54,755 nt of DNA from a virus (IMGVR_UViG_3300025168_000110:1-54755), one strand, 5' to 3'. Counted from the stretch's first letter, positions 39,088 to 49,657 are shown. Notes: a model not told the origin generated them from the letters alone. Numbers and translations are program-made.

Positions 39088-39480
39088 ATGAGTATATTAG
39101 GAAAAATATTTAGTACTGGCGCTAAAGAATTAGTTGAAGGCGTAGGAGATGTTATAGACAATTTACATACAAGTAAAGAAGAAAAGCTTGCTGCTGAATT
39201 AAAAGTAAAAGAACTTTTATCTAACTATGAAATAGAAATGGAGCGTCAAGTAACTGCTAGATGGGAATCGGACATGAAGTCAGACTCTTGGTTAAGCAAG
39301 AACGTAAGGCCAATGACGCTTATATTTTTAGTGGTTAGCTCTGTGTTAATGATATTTATTGATTCAGGAACAATTAAATTTGTAGTAGACGATGAATGGA
39401 AAAGTTTATTACAATTAGTATTAGTAACAGTAATAGGTGCTTATTTTGGAGGTAGATCTTATGAAAAAATAAAAAGATAA
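39088..39480 (+). CDS. Holin, 3TM GTA-holin-like family
   Basis: RWESDMKSDSWLSKNVRP motif, two TM helices, YFGGRSYEK end. Confidence 0.7.
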   Translation: MSILGKIFSTGAKELVEGVGDVIDNLHTSKEEKLAAELKVKELLSNYEIEMERQVTARWESDMKSDSWLSKNVRPMTLIFLVVSSVLMIFIDSGTIKFVVDDEWKSLLQLVLVTVIGAYFGGRSYEKIKR

Positions 39481-39484
39481 ATTA

Positions 39485-39745
39485 ATGACTGATGACTACA
39501 ATGAAATTGAATTTTATCAAGCCATGCAAAATGCATATATTTTATTAACTAATAAATTAACATTTGATGAAGTTTTTGATCATAATGGCTGTGACCTTCC
39601 TTTTGATATATCTAATAAAGTTACTAAAAAAGAAGTTAATGAAGTTATTGATTTTTTCTGCGAACAAGAAGAATATGAAAAATGTAGTGAATTAAAAAAA
39701 GCTAAAGAACTAGAGAAATATAATAAAAATTTCATAAATTTGTAA
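39485..39745 (+). CDS. Hypothetical protein with UVR-like helical hairpin (EEYEKCSEL)
   Basis: ORF track; motif. Confidence 0.45.
   Translation: MTDDYNEIEFYQAMQNAYILLTNKLTFDEVFDHNGCDLPFDISNKVTKKEVNEVIDFFCEQEEYEKCSELKKAKELEKYNKNFINL
39735..39742 (+). promoter_or_regulatory. Possible -7 element (TAAATTTG)
   Basis: TAnnTTTG 17 nt before ATG 39760. Confidence 0.45.
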
Positions 39746-39759
39746 AAAATTAAAAAACT

Positions 39760-40155
39760 ATGCCAAGCAATTATACATTTAACGCAAATATGTCCTGTAC
39801 GGCATCATCTGCAACAGGATATTCACAAGGAGTAAGCGGTGGGTTTTCTTTAAACCTAACACAAATAAATTCAGTACAGAGCGGAAGGATGGAAATAGGA
39901 ACATCAAACACAGAAGTATGTGCTGCTCCAGCAGGTACTGGTATTGGTAAAGTTGTCTATATGAGAAATTTAGATGATACAAATTTTCTTGAAGTTCACA
40001 CAGGAACAGCGGTAGATACTGATGTTGTAGCTATATTAGAACCAGGAGAATGGTTCTTTACAATACTAAGGGATACTTTAGCAGTAGGAGCTTCTGCTGA
40101 TACAGCAGTAATAGATGTAGAATACTTTGCAGTAGAAATAGACGCTAACGCTTAA
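39760..40155 (+). CDS. Small beta-rich virion protein (YMRNLDD, LEPGEWFF)
   Basis: Paralog of 40180 and distantly of 7285. Confidence 0.5.
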   Translation: MPSNYTFNANMSCTASSATGYSQGVSGGFSLNLTQINSVQSGRMEIGTSNTEVCAAPAGTGIGKVVYMRNLDDTNFLEVHTGTAVDTDVVAILEPGEWFFTILRDTLAVGASADTAVIDVEYFAVEIDANA

Positions 40156-40179
40156 TTAATAATATAAAAACAAACAACT

Positions 40180-40596
40180 ATGGCAACAATGTCAACAACA
40201 TTTACGGCTTCAGGATCATTTTCATTAACAGATGAATTTGGTGTAACTGTATTTTCTTATAGCCCATCTTTTACAACTACTCCTAACACTGCTTCATTAG
40301 CCCTAACTACAGGAGAGGTTTTAGCAGGAACAACAGCTACTGAAATTGCAATACCACAGCATAATGATGATAGATTATTTTGTTTTGTTAAGAATATAGA
40401 TACTGATCATGCTGTAGAAGTTATGGCTTCAGAGCAAGAGGGTACTTCTAAAGAATGCGCTGATTTAAAACCAGGTGAATTCTTTTTTGCGCCTATGGAG
40501 TTAAATAGTGATGATACGGGAGATAGCATTACAGTAGGAAACGGTACTTCAGCTCAAAAAGTTCAATTCTTACTATGCGATGCAATAGATAACTAG
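40180..40596 (+). CDS. Small beta-rich virion protein (FVKNID, LKPGEFFF)
   Basis: Paralog of 39760. Confidence 0.5.
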   Translation: MATMSTTFTASGSFSLTDEFGVTVFSYSPSFTTTPNTASLALTTGEVLAGTTATEIAIPQHNDDRLFCFVKNIDTDHAVEVMASEQEGTSKECADLKPGEFFFAPMELNSDDTGDSITVGNGTSAQKVQFLLCDAIDN

Positions 40597-40600
40597 AACA

Positions 40601-41068
40601 ATGAATCTTACAGTTTTAAGATATAGTAGCCAGGAGGATAGTACTTCTGGCTTACTTTTTTTAAAAGAGGATGATAAGTTAAAATTTTTGTGTTATACGT
40701 TAGAAGATGAACATAGAGACGTTAAAATTAAAACAGAAACTAGAATTCCTTCAGGATCTTATGAAATTATTTTAAGAAAACATGGTGGCTTTCACGAAAA
40801 ATATTCTAAAAGATTTAGCGATATTCATAGGGGTATGCTTCACATTATTGATGTACCTGGTTTTGATTATATTTTATTACATTGCGGTAATACTGATGAA
40901 CACACTGCTGGCTGTTTGTTGGTGGGCGATACCCAAAGTAACAACATTATTAATAAAAATGGCTTTGTTGGTCAATCCTCGCAATGTTACAAAAGAATAT
41001 ATCCGCCTATTGTATCTGCGCTTGAGAAAGGTGATAAAGTTACAATAACATATATAGATTTTGATTAA
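40601..41068 (+). CDS. DUF5675-family protein, putative endolysin (L,D-transpeptidase-like His/Cys)
   Basis: CYTLED...IPSGSY...VPGF..ILLHCGNT..HTAGCLLVG; near holins. Confidence 0.7.
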   Translation: MNLTVLRYSSQEDSTSGLLFLKEDDKLKFLCYTLEDEHRDVKIKTETRIPSGSYEIILRKHGGFHEKYSKRFSDIHRGMLHIIDVPGFDYILLHCGNTDEHTAGCLLVGDTQSNNIINKNGFVGQSSQCYKRIYPPIVSALEKGDKVTITYIDFD

Positions 41069-42405
41069 TGTTTAAATGGATAGGTAATAATATATTTAAT
41101 CTTATTTCTAGATTTAGAGATGATGTCTATTTAGATAGTGTGTCTAGTGGCACAATAGTTAGTGGTGGCAACCTAGGTCTTGATTCTAATAATAAAATAG
41201 TTAAAGCAACAGAAGCTACTGGAGATTTAACTTCTATTGTAGCTGGAACAGGGTTAAGTGGTACTAGTTTAACAGGTCCAATACCAACTTTAAATCTTGC
41301 GTTAACAGAACTTTCAACTGTAACGCCTACATCAGGTGATTTTTTGGCTACTCTAGATGGTAACACTCCAACACACCAAAATACAACCACAGACAGTTTA
41401 GCAACTTTATTTGCTGGGACTGGATTAACAGCTTCTAGTGCTGTAATTAGTGTTGACGCTTCACAAGCACAAATAACTCGTGTTGGAACAATTTCTGCTG
41501 GTGAGTGGAGAGCATCAGCCATTAGTACTGCGTATTTAAATGGTCAAAGTGGGACAAATACTGGAGATGAAACTTTAGCAAGTATAAACGCTTTAGATAT
41601 CACAGAAGTAGGAACTATTAGTTCAGGTGTTTGGCAAGGAACAACTATAAAGACTGCATACATAGGTGATGATCAAATTACTGAAGACAAACTAGCTAAT
41701 ACACTTTTAGCAGAAATAGATGCTAATACAGCCAAAGTTACTAATTCAGACCAAAGTAAAGCAGATATAAATGCATTGGATATTACAGAAGTAGGTACTA
41801 TTGACAGTGGTGTTTGGCAAGGAACAGCTATAACCCACGCTTATATTGGTAATGATGCTATTGAAGGCGACAACATAGCAGATGATGCTGTTGATTCAGA
41901 ACATTATACAGATGGCTCTATAGATACAGCTCACATAGCTGATGATCAAGTAACTTTTGCAAAAGCACAAGGTGTTACACCTAACGTTTTTAATAATAAA
42001 ATAAAATTACTACCTTCAGACTTTGTGGCTAATGATGATGGTAATAATCAAAAATTTGGCATTGGTTATGTTGATGATGCTGGAGCAACTACTTATGGTA
42101 TGAGAGCCGCGAATAGTTTAACAGAGCTTTATGCTTTTGTTTCTATACCACAGGGTATGTCAGCTACTCATGTTAATATATTTGGTAGATCTAATATAGC
42201 TGTTGTAGTTTATGAAGCACAAGTAAACGCAACATCTATGACATCTAAAGGAACAGGTAATTGTAATACAGCAATAGATATGTCAGGCGCGCCTGTTGCC
42301 TCAACCGAGCATAACTTTTTAGCAATAAAAATAACTATAGCTACTTTTAGTGGTGGTAGTGCAGATAGAATTTTCGGTGGACATGTAACAATAGCAGCAT
42401 CATAA
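41068..42405 (+). CDS. Tail fibre-like protein with internal repeats
   Basis: G/T/S-rich; AGTGL repeats; three IT(E/R)VGTI..G.W repeats; (A/G)DD(A/Q)(V/I)T repeats. Confidence 0.6.
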   Translation: MFKWIGNNIFNLISRFRDDVYLDSVSSGTIVSGGNLGLDSNNKIVKATEATGDLTSIVAGTGLSGTSLTGPIPTLNLALTELSTVTPTSGDFLATLDGNTPTHQNTTTDSLATLFAGTGLTASSAVISVDASQAQITRVGTISAGEWRASAISTAYLNGQSGTNTGDETLASINALDITEVGTISSGVWQGTTIKTAYIGDDQITEDKLANTLLAEIDANTAKVTNSDQSKADINALDITEVGTIDSGVWQGTAITHAYIGNDAIEGDNIADDAVDSEHYTDGSIDTAHIADDQVTFAKAQGVTPNVFNNKIKLLPSDFVANDDGNNQKFGIGYVDDAGATTYGMRAANSLTELYAFVSIPQGMSATHVNIFGRSNIAVVVYEAQVNATSMTSKGTGNCNTAIDMSGAPVASTEHNFLAIKITIATFSGGSADRIFGGHVTIAAS

Positions 42406-42416
42406 AATAAAAAACT

Positions 42417-42980
42417 ATGGCTTTAATAGACGATAAGTACAAAAAATCTAAAACATCTAGACCTAGTTTAGGTGAAATAAAAATAATAAAAAGTCCAGAA
42501 GTTGCACAAAAAAGTGCTTATTCTACAAGTAATGAAATTAATTCTTTAAATAATCTACAGACTATTAAATCTGTTGTAGATAGTAATTCAGTAGAATCAG
42601 TAACCGTAAAAGGATTTAAAATACCTGCAGACGAATCTGCCCATAGAGCATTTAGTATAGCTGAAAAAGATGGATTAGGTGGATTATTATTTTCTCATTA
42701 TGATATAAGTACACAAGCTGACGCTACAATATCTATGGCTTGGAGTTATGATGCCTCGTCTTCTCTAAAAATAATAGGGTCGGATGGTATTATTAACACT
42801 GAAAATGTTGGAGGAGGAACTATTTATAGGGTTTTAACCACTACAATTCCACACGGCAGTGCTTTTAGTTTACCAGTAGATATTATAAGGAATTTTAAAA
42901 ACTTATCTAAAAAAATTCATTTTTATGTTTCTTCTAGCATATCTGGTGTAGAAATGACTATATTTAAAACTAATGAGTAA
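42417..42980 (+). CDS. Hypothetical protein
   Basis: ORF track, operon spacing. Confidence 0.55.
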   Translation: MALIDDKYKKSKTSRPSLGEIKIIKSPEVAQKSAYSTSNEINSLNNLQTIKSVVDSNSVESVTVKGFKIPADESAHRAFSIAEKDGLGGLLFSHYDISTQADATISMAWSYDASSSLKIIGSDGIINTENVGGGTIYRVLTTTIPHGSAFSLPVDIIRNFKNLSKKIHFYVSSSISGVEMTIFKTNE

Positions 42981-43224
42981 GCCAAGTCATAAATATAATA
43001 TACCTATTTGGTTGTCTGATTGGACATTTAAAGACGGTAAAGAAAAAACACACCACATATATAATGTAGTAGTAAAAGGGGTAAATGAGGATGATATAAT
43101 AAATAATTTAGACATTGTTAATAAAGTAGTTAATAAATTAAAAAGAGGTCGTAAAAAAGTAACATTAAAAGCTACTAACTTGGTCCTCAAGAGTCAACAC
43201 GGGTATGGTATTGACGAAAACTAA
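42973..43224 (+). CDS. Hypothetical protein
   Basis: ORF track, coupled overlap. Confidence 0.5.
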   Translation: MSKPSHKYNIPIWLSDWTFKDGKEKTHHIYNVVVKGVNEDDIINNLDIVNKVVNKLKRGRKKVTLKATNLVLKSQHGYGIDEN

Positions 43225-43235
43225 AATTTTAAACC

Positions 43236-44522
43236 ATGTTAATTAATGAAAAGATTAAAGAATATCTTTTAAAAAATCCAACAAAATTAAGAAGCGATTA
43301 TGCTAAAACTGCAGAATTGTTTAACACTAATTATGAGCAGGTTAGAGGAGTAGCTCGTAAGATTAGAAAAACTCTAGGTGATGTAACTAACGATGCAGAA
43401 AAAGAATCAATAGATGTTTCTAATAAAAAAGATTCTAAAATTGTTAATATAGAAAAGTCTACAAGAATAAAATCTATAGAAGATTTAATTAAGGCTGCTA
43501 ATATAGATACAAACTTATGGGAATTAGAAAAATTTGATATAGGTACATATGAAGTAACAGGATTTGACGCTAATAACAATCCCAATACAGTTACTATGTA
43601 TCGTATGAAAGCTTGGTTTAAACCTATTAAAGCTCATCTCAATTTAGATTTAATATCTAAAGATTTAAAAGAAGATCTAAAAGATTTATCGCCATTAGTA
43701 CAACGAAAAGAATATCAAAGAGACAAAAAAGATAAATACCTTTTAGAAATATCTGCTTTTGATTTACATTTAGGTAAAATAGGTATTAAGGGGGATGATT
43801 ATAGTTTAAAAATAGCTTCTAATAGATTAGTGGATGCTGTAGAGCATTTATTATATAGAGCTCAAGGTTACCATGTAGATAAAATTTTATTTATAGTAGG
43901 ACAGGATTTGTTAAATTCTGATGGTGATTGGCCTATAGTATCTACTACTAGAGGAACTCCACAATATAATACTGATTATGGTATAGATATGTACAGAGCA
44001 GCTAGAAAGCTTTTAATTAAATGTATAAACTATCTTTCTGAAATAGCTCCTGTACACGTAATGGTTGTTCCTGGTAATCACGACAGAGAATCTGTAATGC
44101 ACTTAGGTGATATGTTAGAATTATATTACGATAAAAATGAAAATATAAAAGTAGATAATTCAGATTGCCAAATGAAAATGTTAGTGTATGGAAAAAATAT
44201 GATTATATCAGATCATGGAGATGGTCCAAAAGCAACAAATCTCCCTGGCATAATATCCCAAAGATACAAAAACGCATGGTCGGATGTTGATTTTGTTGAG
44301 GTGCATAGAGGTCATTACCATACCAATAAGTCTGTTAAATTACAAGCTATTGAAGAGTTAAACGGTATTACTGTTAGAAATTTATCTTCTATGTCTGCAA
44401 CAGATTTTTGGCATGACTCTAAAGGTTTTATAGGTAACATTAAAAAAGCCCAAGCATTCCTTTATCATAGGACAAATGGATTGCAAGGGATTTTAAATTA
44501 TAATGTTTCTTTAAGAAAATAG
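43236..44522 (+). CDS. Calcineurin-like metallophosphoesterase with N-terminal HTH-like region
   Basis: DLHLG, GQD, GNHD, HGD and GHYH motifs in order. Confidence 0.8.
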   Translation: MLINEKIKEYLLKNPTKLRSDYAKTAELFNTNYEQVRGVARKIRKTLGDVTNDAEKESIDVSNKKDSKIVNIEKSTRIKSIEDLIKAANIDTNLWELEKFDIGTYEVTGFDANNNPNTVTMYRMKAWFKPIKAHLNLDLISKDLKEDLKDLSPLVQRKEYQRDKKDKYLLEISAFDLHLGKIGIKGDDYSLKIASNRLVDAVEHLLYRAQGYHVDKILFIVGQDLLNSDGDWPIVSTTRGTPQYNTDYGIDMYRAARKLLIKCINYLSEIAPVHVMVVPGNHDRESVMHLGDMLELYYDKNENIKVDNSDCQMKMLVYGKNMIISDHGDGPKATNLPGIISQRYKNAWSDVDFVEVHRGHYHTNKSVKLQAIEELNGITVRNLSSMSATDFWHDSKGFIGNIKKAQAFLYHRTNGLQGILNYNVSLRK

Positions 44523-44527
44523 TTTAA

Positions 44528-44731
44528 TTAATTATTTTCTTCTAGTATAACAATTAATTCTTCTTTATTTAGAAGTTTTCTAGGACGTTTTCCTTTTATA
44601 TAATCTTCAGGATCATAAACTTGTTTCACCTCTTTAATTTTTCCTTGAGGTGTAGTTTTAACAATCCATCTAATATCTTTATTAAAGGATCCTTTTTTTA
44701 AATGTGATAAGAACGAAAAATCATTTTTCAT
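44528..44731 (-). CDS. Hypothetical protein
   Basis: ORF track; last gene of the - strand operon. Confidence 0.5.
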   Translation of the reverse strand: MKNDFSFLSHLKKGSFNKDIRWIVKTTPQGKIKEVKQVYDPEDYIKGKRPRKLLNKEELIVILEENN

Positions 44732-44733
44732 GT

Positions 44734-44930
44734 TTAAAATTTATTAAATTTATCTTTTACTATTTTATCTATAGTGTTCCAAGAAACATTAGTTAAATGT
44801 TGTATGTCCTTTAAGGTATAGCCTTTTGTAACATATTTCCAAATTCTTAATTTTTGTTGGACAGTTAGTTTTTTATAAGGAATTTTTTTATAATATTCAG
44901 CCCTTCTTCTTATATCTTTTAATGTTTCCA

Positions 44931-44931
<1 letters not shown>
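44734..44931 (-). CDS. Small HTH DNA-binding protein
   Basis: GYTLKDIQHLTNVSWNTIDKIV helix-turn-helix pattern. Confidence 0.55.
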
Positions 44932-46511
<1,580 letters not shown>

Positions 46512-46766
46512 TTATTTAATAATTGCTAATATATCATGCTCTTTAAGCATAAGTAACTCTTTGCCTCCATACTGCATTGTAGTTCCTCCAAACTGAGAGA
46601 ACAATACAGTATCGTTTTTCTTAATTTTAGTTATCTCATCTCCAACTGCAATAACTTTGCCTTCGTTTGGCTTTTGATTATTAGCAGTGATGATACCCGA
46701 TGCAGTTTTCTTTTGAGCATCTTTTTGCTCAATAATAATGTTTTTACCTAGTGGAATTATTTTCAT
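46512..46766 (-). CDS. groES: Co-chaperonin GroES
   Basis: PLG...KTASGII...GKVIAVG...VLFSQFGGT...EHDILA; directly upstream of groEL. Confidence 0.95.
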   Translation of the reverse strand: MKIIPLGKNIIIEQKDAQKKTASGIITANNQKPNEGKVIAVGDEITKIKKNDTVLFSQFGGTTMQYGGKELLMLKEHDILAIIK

Positions 46767-46767
46767 T

Positions 46768-47019
46768 TTATGTTTTATTTTTTTGTTTAAATACTTTTCT
46801 AATTATTTCTATTGGTGCAACAAAATAAATATCTTCTTTTACTTTTAAATCTATATGAGAGTAACTATCATGTTGATTTGGATTAAAATCTCTTACTGGA
46901 TAATTTTTTCTTGTACAACCCGTTATATTATAACTAAGAGGTATTTGAGCGTAAACCGTAACTCCTTTTGTAGAAAGCCATTCTGCTTCTCTAACTAATA
47001 ATCTATCTTCTAATGTCAT
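46768..47019 (-). CDS. Hypothetical protein
   Basis: ORF track. Confidence 0.5.
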   Translation of the reverse strand: MTLEDRLLVREAEWLSTKGVTVYAQIPLSYNITGCTRKNYPVRDFNPNQHDSYSHIDLKVKEDIYFVAPIEIIRKVFKQKNKT

Positions 47020-47030
47020 TAATATATTTT

Positions 47031-47171
47031 TTATTTAAACCATACAGCATACACCTTAGTACCGTTAGAGGTGGTACATGCGTGTACCCTTTTCTTTTCC
47101 TCTTGTTTTTTTAACTTGTTTTTGTCCCAGTATTTTGGATTCTTGCTGTTCAGCTTCCTTTTTTTTGTCAT
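47031..47171 (-). CDS. Small basic protein (46 aa; not in ORF track)
   Basis: MTKKRKLNSKNPKYWDKNKLKKQEEKKRVHACTTSNGTKVYAVWFK. Confidence 0.45.
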   Translation of the reverse strand: MTKKRKLNSKNPKYWDKNKLKKQEEKKRVHACTTSNGTKVYAVWFK

Positions 47172-47215
47172 AAAGCTCCATGTTTTTAATTAATTTTTGA
47201 TTCTGTTTTTTCATA

Positions 47216-48070
47216 TTAAAATATATATCTTATTGTGTTCCAGTTTATAATACTGTCGTGTAAATCTACAAATTGTTTTATATAATTACGTTTTAATTTG
47301 TGATTATATCTAACGTTTTTTCCACCATACTGTGATGTTTTAGACTCTTGTATGTCTGGTACCCATAAATCTTTTTCTGTCAAGGGATTAGCCTCTAGAT
47401 TTTCCATGTGTTTTTTAAAGTTATGTGTTAAGAATATGCATTCTGATAAAACTATATTTTTATTTATAACATGGTTATTAACTAAATTAAATAACTCAGT
47501 ATAATCTTCTAGCCATCCTTCATAAACTATAATAGGAGAAAAATTAATATGTACATCATAACCAGCATCTATAAATTTATCAATAGCTTTTATTCTATCT
47601 ATAATTTTAGAGGTAAAAGGCTCGTGTATATTTGATTTGACTTGTGGCATTAAACTGAATCTAATTCGTATTTTACCATTAGGATCAAAATCTAATAAGT
47701 TTTTATTTACATATTTAGTAGCAAAACTGCCCATTATATCTGGGTGCTCTTTAAAGAAAGTAAATATTTTTTCCCACTCATGGTGCTTAGCATGTAATGC
47801 AAAATCTTCATTACAGCTTATATCATAAGTCGTATATTTTTTATGTGTTTGGTTAGGCTTGTCAACTACTGCAAATGCAGCATGACTATTTATTTCTGTT
47901 AGTATATCTTCTGTGTTTGTAGCTACAGAAAGCCCCTTAGCCTTGTGTCGTTTCATATAACAATAAGAACAATTATATAAACAACCATATCCAAAGCTAG
48001 GGGTTATAAAATCAGTAGACCTTCCAGAAGGCCTTATTTTAAATGTTTTTCTATTTACTTTTTTGATCAT
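47216..48070 (-). CDS. splB: Spore photoproduct lyase-like radical SAM enzyme
   Basis: GCLYNCSYCY cluster motif; DISCNED aligns with Bacillus SplB EASCTSD (Cys141); FATK, IRIRFS, EPFTS...RI.A, AGY, SPIIVYEGW are collinear with SplB. Confidence 0.8.
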   Translation of the reverse strand: MIKKVNRKTFKIRPSGRSTDFITPSFGYGCLYNCSYCYMKRHKAKGLSVATNTEDILTEINSHAAFAVVDKPNQTHKKYTTYDISCNEDFALHAKHHEWEKIFTFFKEHPDIMGSFATKYVNKNLLDFDPNGKIRIRFSLMPQVKSNIHEPFTSKIIDRIKAIDKFIDAGYDVHINFSPIIVYEGWLEDYTELFNLVNNHVINKNIVLSECIFLTHNFKKHMENLEANPLTEKDLWVPDIQESKTSQYGGKNVRYNHKLKRNYIKQFVDLHDSIINWNTIRYIF

Positions 48071-48368
48071 CTATTTTTTCTAATTCAAATTCTAAGTGAG
48101 CTATTGCTTTTTTTAAACAGTCTACAGGAGTATCATGTTTATGGTATGCACGTAAAATATAAGTAGTAGCGGTTGCAAGGTGGTAGGATAAATTAAAATT
48201 ATCACATACCTTTCTTGCCTCATAACCATTTCTACCTCTATAATAATTTGGAACTCTAGTGTCTTTTAATCCCAATTCTTCTTTAGACATTTTCATTTTA
48301 GGATTTATATTTGTAGTAGAGTCCATATTTCTGTCAAATTCATAGTAATATTTATTGTGCTTTGTCAT
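48051..48368 (-). CDS. DUF3310-family protein
   Basis: P.YY.G..GYEA...YILRA..K....DCLKKAI.HLE. Confidence 0.7.
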   Translation of the reverse strand: MTKHNKYYYEFDRNMDSTTNINPKMKMSKEELGLKDTRVPNYYRGRNGYEARKVCDNFNLSYHLATATTYILRAYHKHDTPVDCLKKAIAHLEFELEKIDDQKSK

Positions 48369-48760
48369 TAGTCTAGTTTTGTTTTAAAGTGATCTATTAT
48401 TTTATTCATCTGTCTTTTGTAGAATAAATCAAAATCTACATATTCCATTTGCCCTGACTCTCCATTTAATTGCTTTGGCTGTGTTTTTTCCCATAACCTA
48501 AATAAGACCGCTCTCATTCTTTGTGATGGTGTTTTTTCTTTAAATTCCGCGTTTACAGTTGCTCCTTCTACTGCATCTATTTGTTCTTGAGATATTTTCT
48601 TTGTAGAAACCAGGATATAACCTGGCTTCTTTCTTAATCTCATAATAGCTGCTTCTGTATCGTTTGTAAGTTCTGGTGTTCCTAAGATAACTCTTAAAGA
48701 ATTATCTGCCATAGTGGATACTTTATCTATCCCTCCTTCAAATACTACTGAATGTTTCAT
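48368..48760 (-). CDS. Conserved phage hypothetical protein (KTPSQRMRAVL)
   Basis: ORF track, coupled to neighbours. Confidence 0.55.
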   Translation of the reverse strand: MKHSVVFEGGIDKVSTMADNSLRVILGTPELTNDTEAAIMRLRKKPGYILVSTKKISQEQIDAVEGATVNAEFKEKTPSQRMRAVLFRLWEKTQPKQLNGESGQMEYVDFDLFYKRQMNKIIDHFKTKLD

Positions 48761-48761
48761 A

Positions 48762-49565
48762 TTATATATCGTTTGTCATTATGTGAATATTTCTTTCTGA
48801 GTTTTTATTAAGATAATCATAACCTTGTCCAGGCCAATAATCATTTTTTGTGCAATAATTATATATCTCTAGCTCTTGGTTATACATATACCTTCCATCG
48901 TCTAACATGTCGTCACCTATTTGAAATACATTCATATTAAATGGAGGTGATTTTTCTATAGCTACTATATAAAACTCATCTGCTCCTACAGCGTCCATAT
49001 AGAATGCTGCCTGCTTATGATACTTATATTTTAATATAGACCTTCTAAAGCCACTATACGAAGCGTCTTGCGTTGTTTTAAGATCTATAATAATATTAGG
49101 CTTTGGCTTATAGCAATCTAACATACCCTTACACTCTACATCATGAGTTTCGTTATGCCATGTTATTATTTTTTCTTTCTCTCCTCCTGAGAGTAATTGT
49201 TTAATAGTAGAATCTTTCATTAACTTCATAGTCATCTGTTCAATTAATTCAAATTCAGATTCTGTTATAACGGTTTTAAAGAAATTCTTTTTTTCAAATT
49301 CTGCATAGTCTGCCTTTCCTACTTTAGTTCTTTTATCAAACTTAGGCGCTACTGCGTAATTTTTATTAAATTCAGATGGTTGCAATACATTAACATGAAA
49401 CGCTGATCCAAATTTCATTGCTGCTGTTGGTAGCTGTGGATTATCCAATCTAAATCTAAAATATTCAGGAGAGTTTCCTGATAAGTTATTCAACATACTG
49501 TTAGATACATATTCTGTATTCTGGTAGTAGTCGTTGTGCGATAATTTGTCTTTTAATATTTTCAT
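48762..49565 (-). CDS. PD-(D/E)XK exonuclease, RecE/exoVIII C-terminal (DUF3799)-like
   Basis: SNSML, FGSAFH, E....W, CKGMLD, IIDLKTT, YHKQAAFY, FYIVAIEK. Confidence 0.8.
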   Translation of the reverse strand: MKILKDKLSHNDYYQNTEYVSNSMLNNLSGNSPEYFRFRLDNPQLPTAAMKFGSAFHVNVLQPSEFNKNYAVAPKFDKRTKVGKADYAEFEKKNFFKTVITESEFELIEQMTMKLMKDSTIKQLLSGGEKEKIITWHNETHDVECKGMLDCYKPKPNIIIDLKTTQDASYSGFRRSILKYKYHKQAAFYMDAVGADEFYIVAIEKSPPFNMNVFQIGDDMLDDGRYMYNQELEIYNYCTKNDYWPGQGYDYLNKNSERNIHIMTNDI

Positions 49566-49580
49566 TTGTTTTACATAAAG

Positions 49581-49614
49581 GCAATAAAGCCCCTCCGAAG
49601 AAGGGCTCTAATGC
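49581..49614 (-). terminator. C(UUCG)G hairpin, terminator-like
   Basis: Minus strand UAGAGCCCUUC-UUCG-GAGGGGCUUUA with outer GCA/UGC pairs and a weak U-rich tail. Confidence 0.55.
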
Positions 49615-49657
49615 AAACAAAACAAAGGTTAAAGAGAAAGTTCTACAAACGTAGTTA

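Noticed and set aside
41584-41826. Possible DGR template/variable repeat pair
   Set aside because: Both copies are in-frame in one gene, differences are mostly synonymous and not adenine-specific, and no reverse transcriptase is present in the window
314-43585. Antisense or nested ORFs in the track (e.g. 314-547, 733-1020, 25881-26210, 31842-32261, 40782-41048, 41127-41522)
   Set aside because: They lie within long genes with clear motifs and have S/L/F-rich shadow composition; no independent evidence
1797-44532. Recurrent TTAATTAA palindromes in spacers as a late-promoter motif
   Set aside because: An all-AT 8-mer is expected many times by chance in so AT-rich a sequence; cannot be supported without statistics
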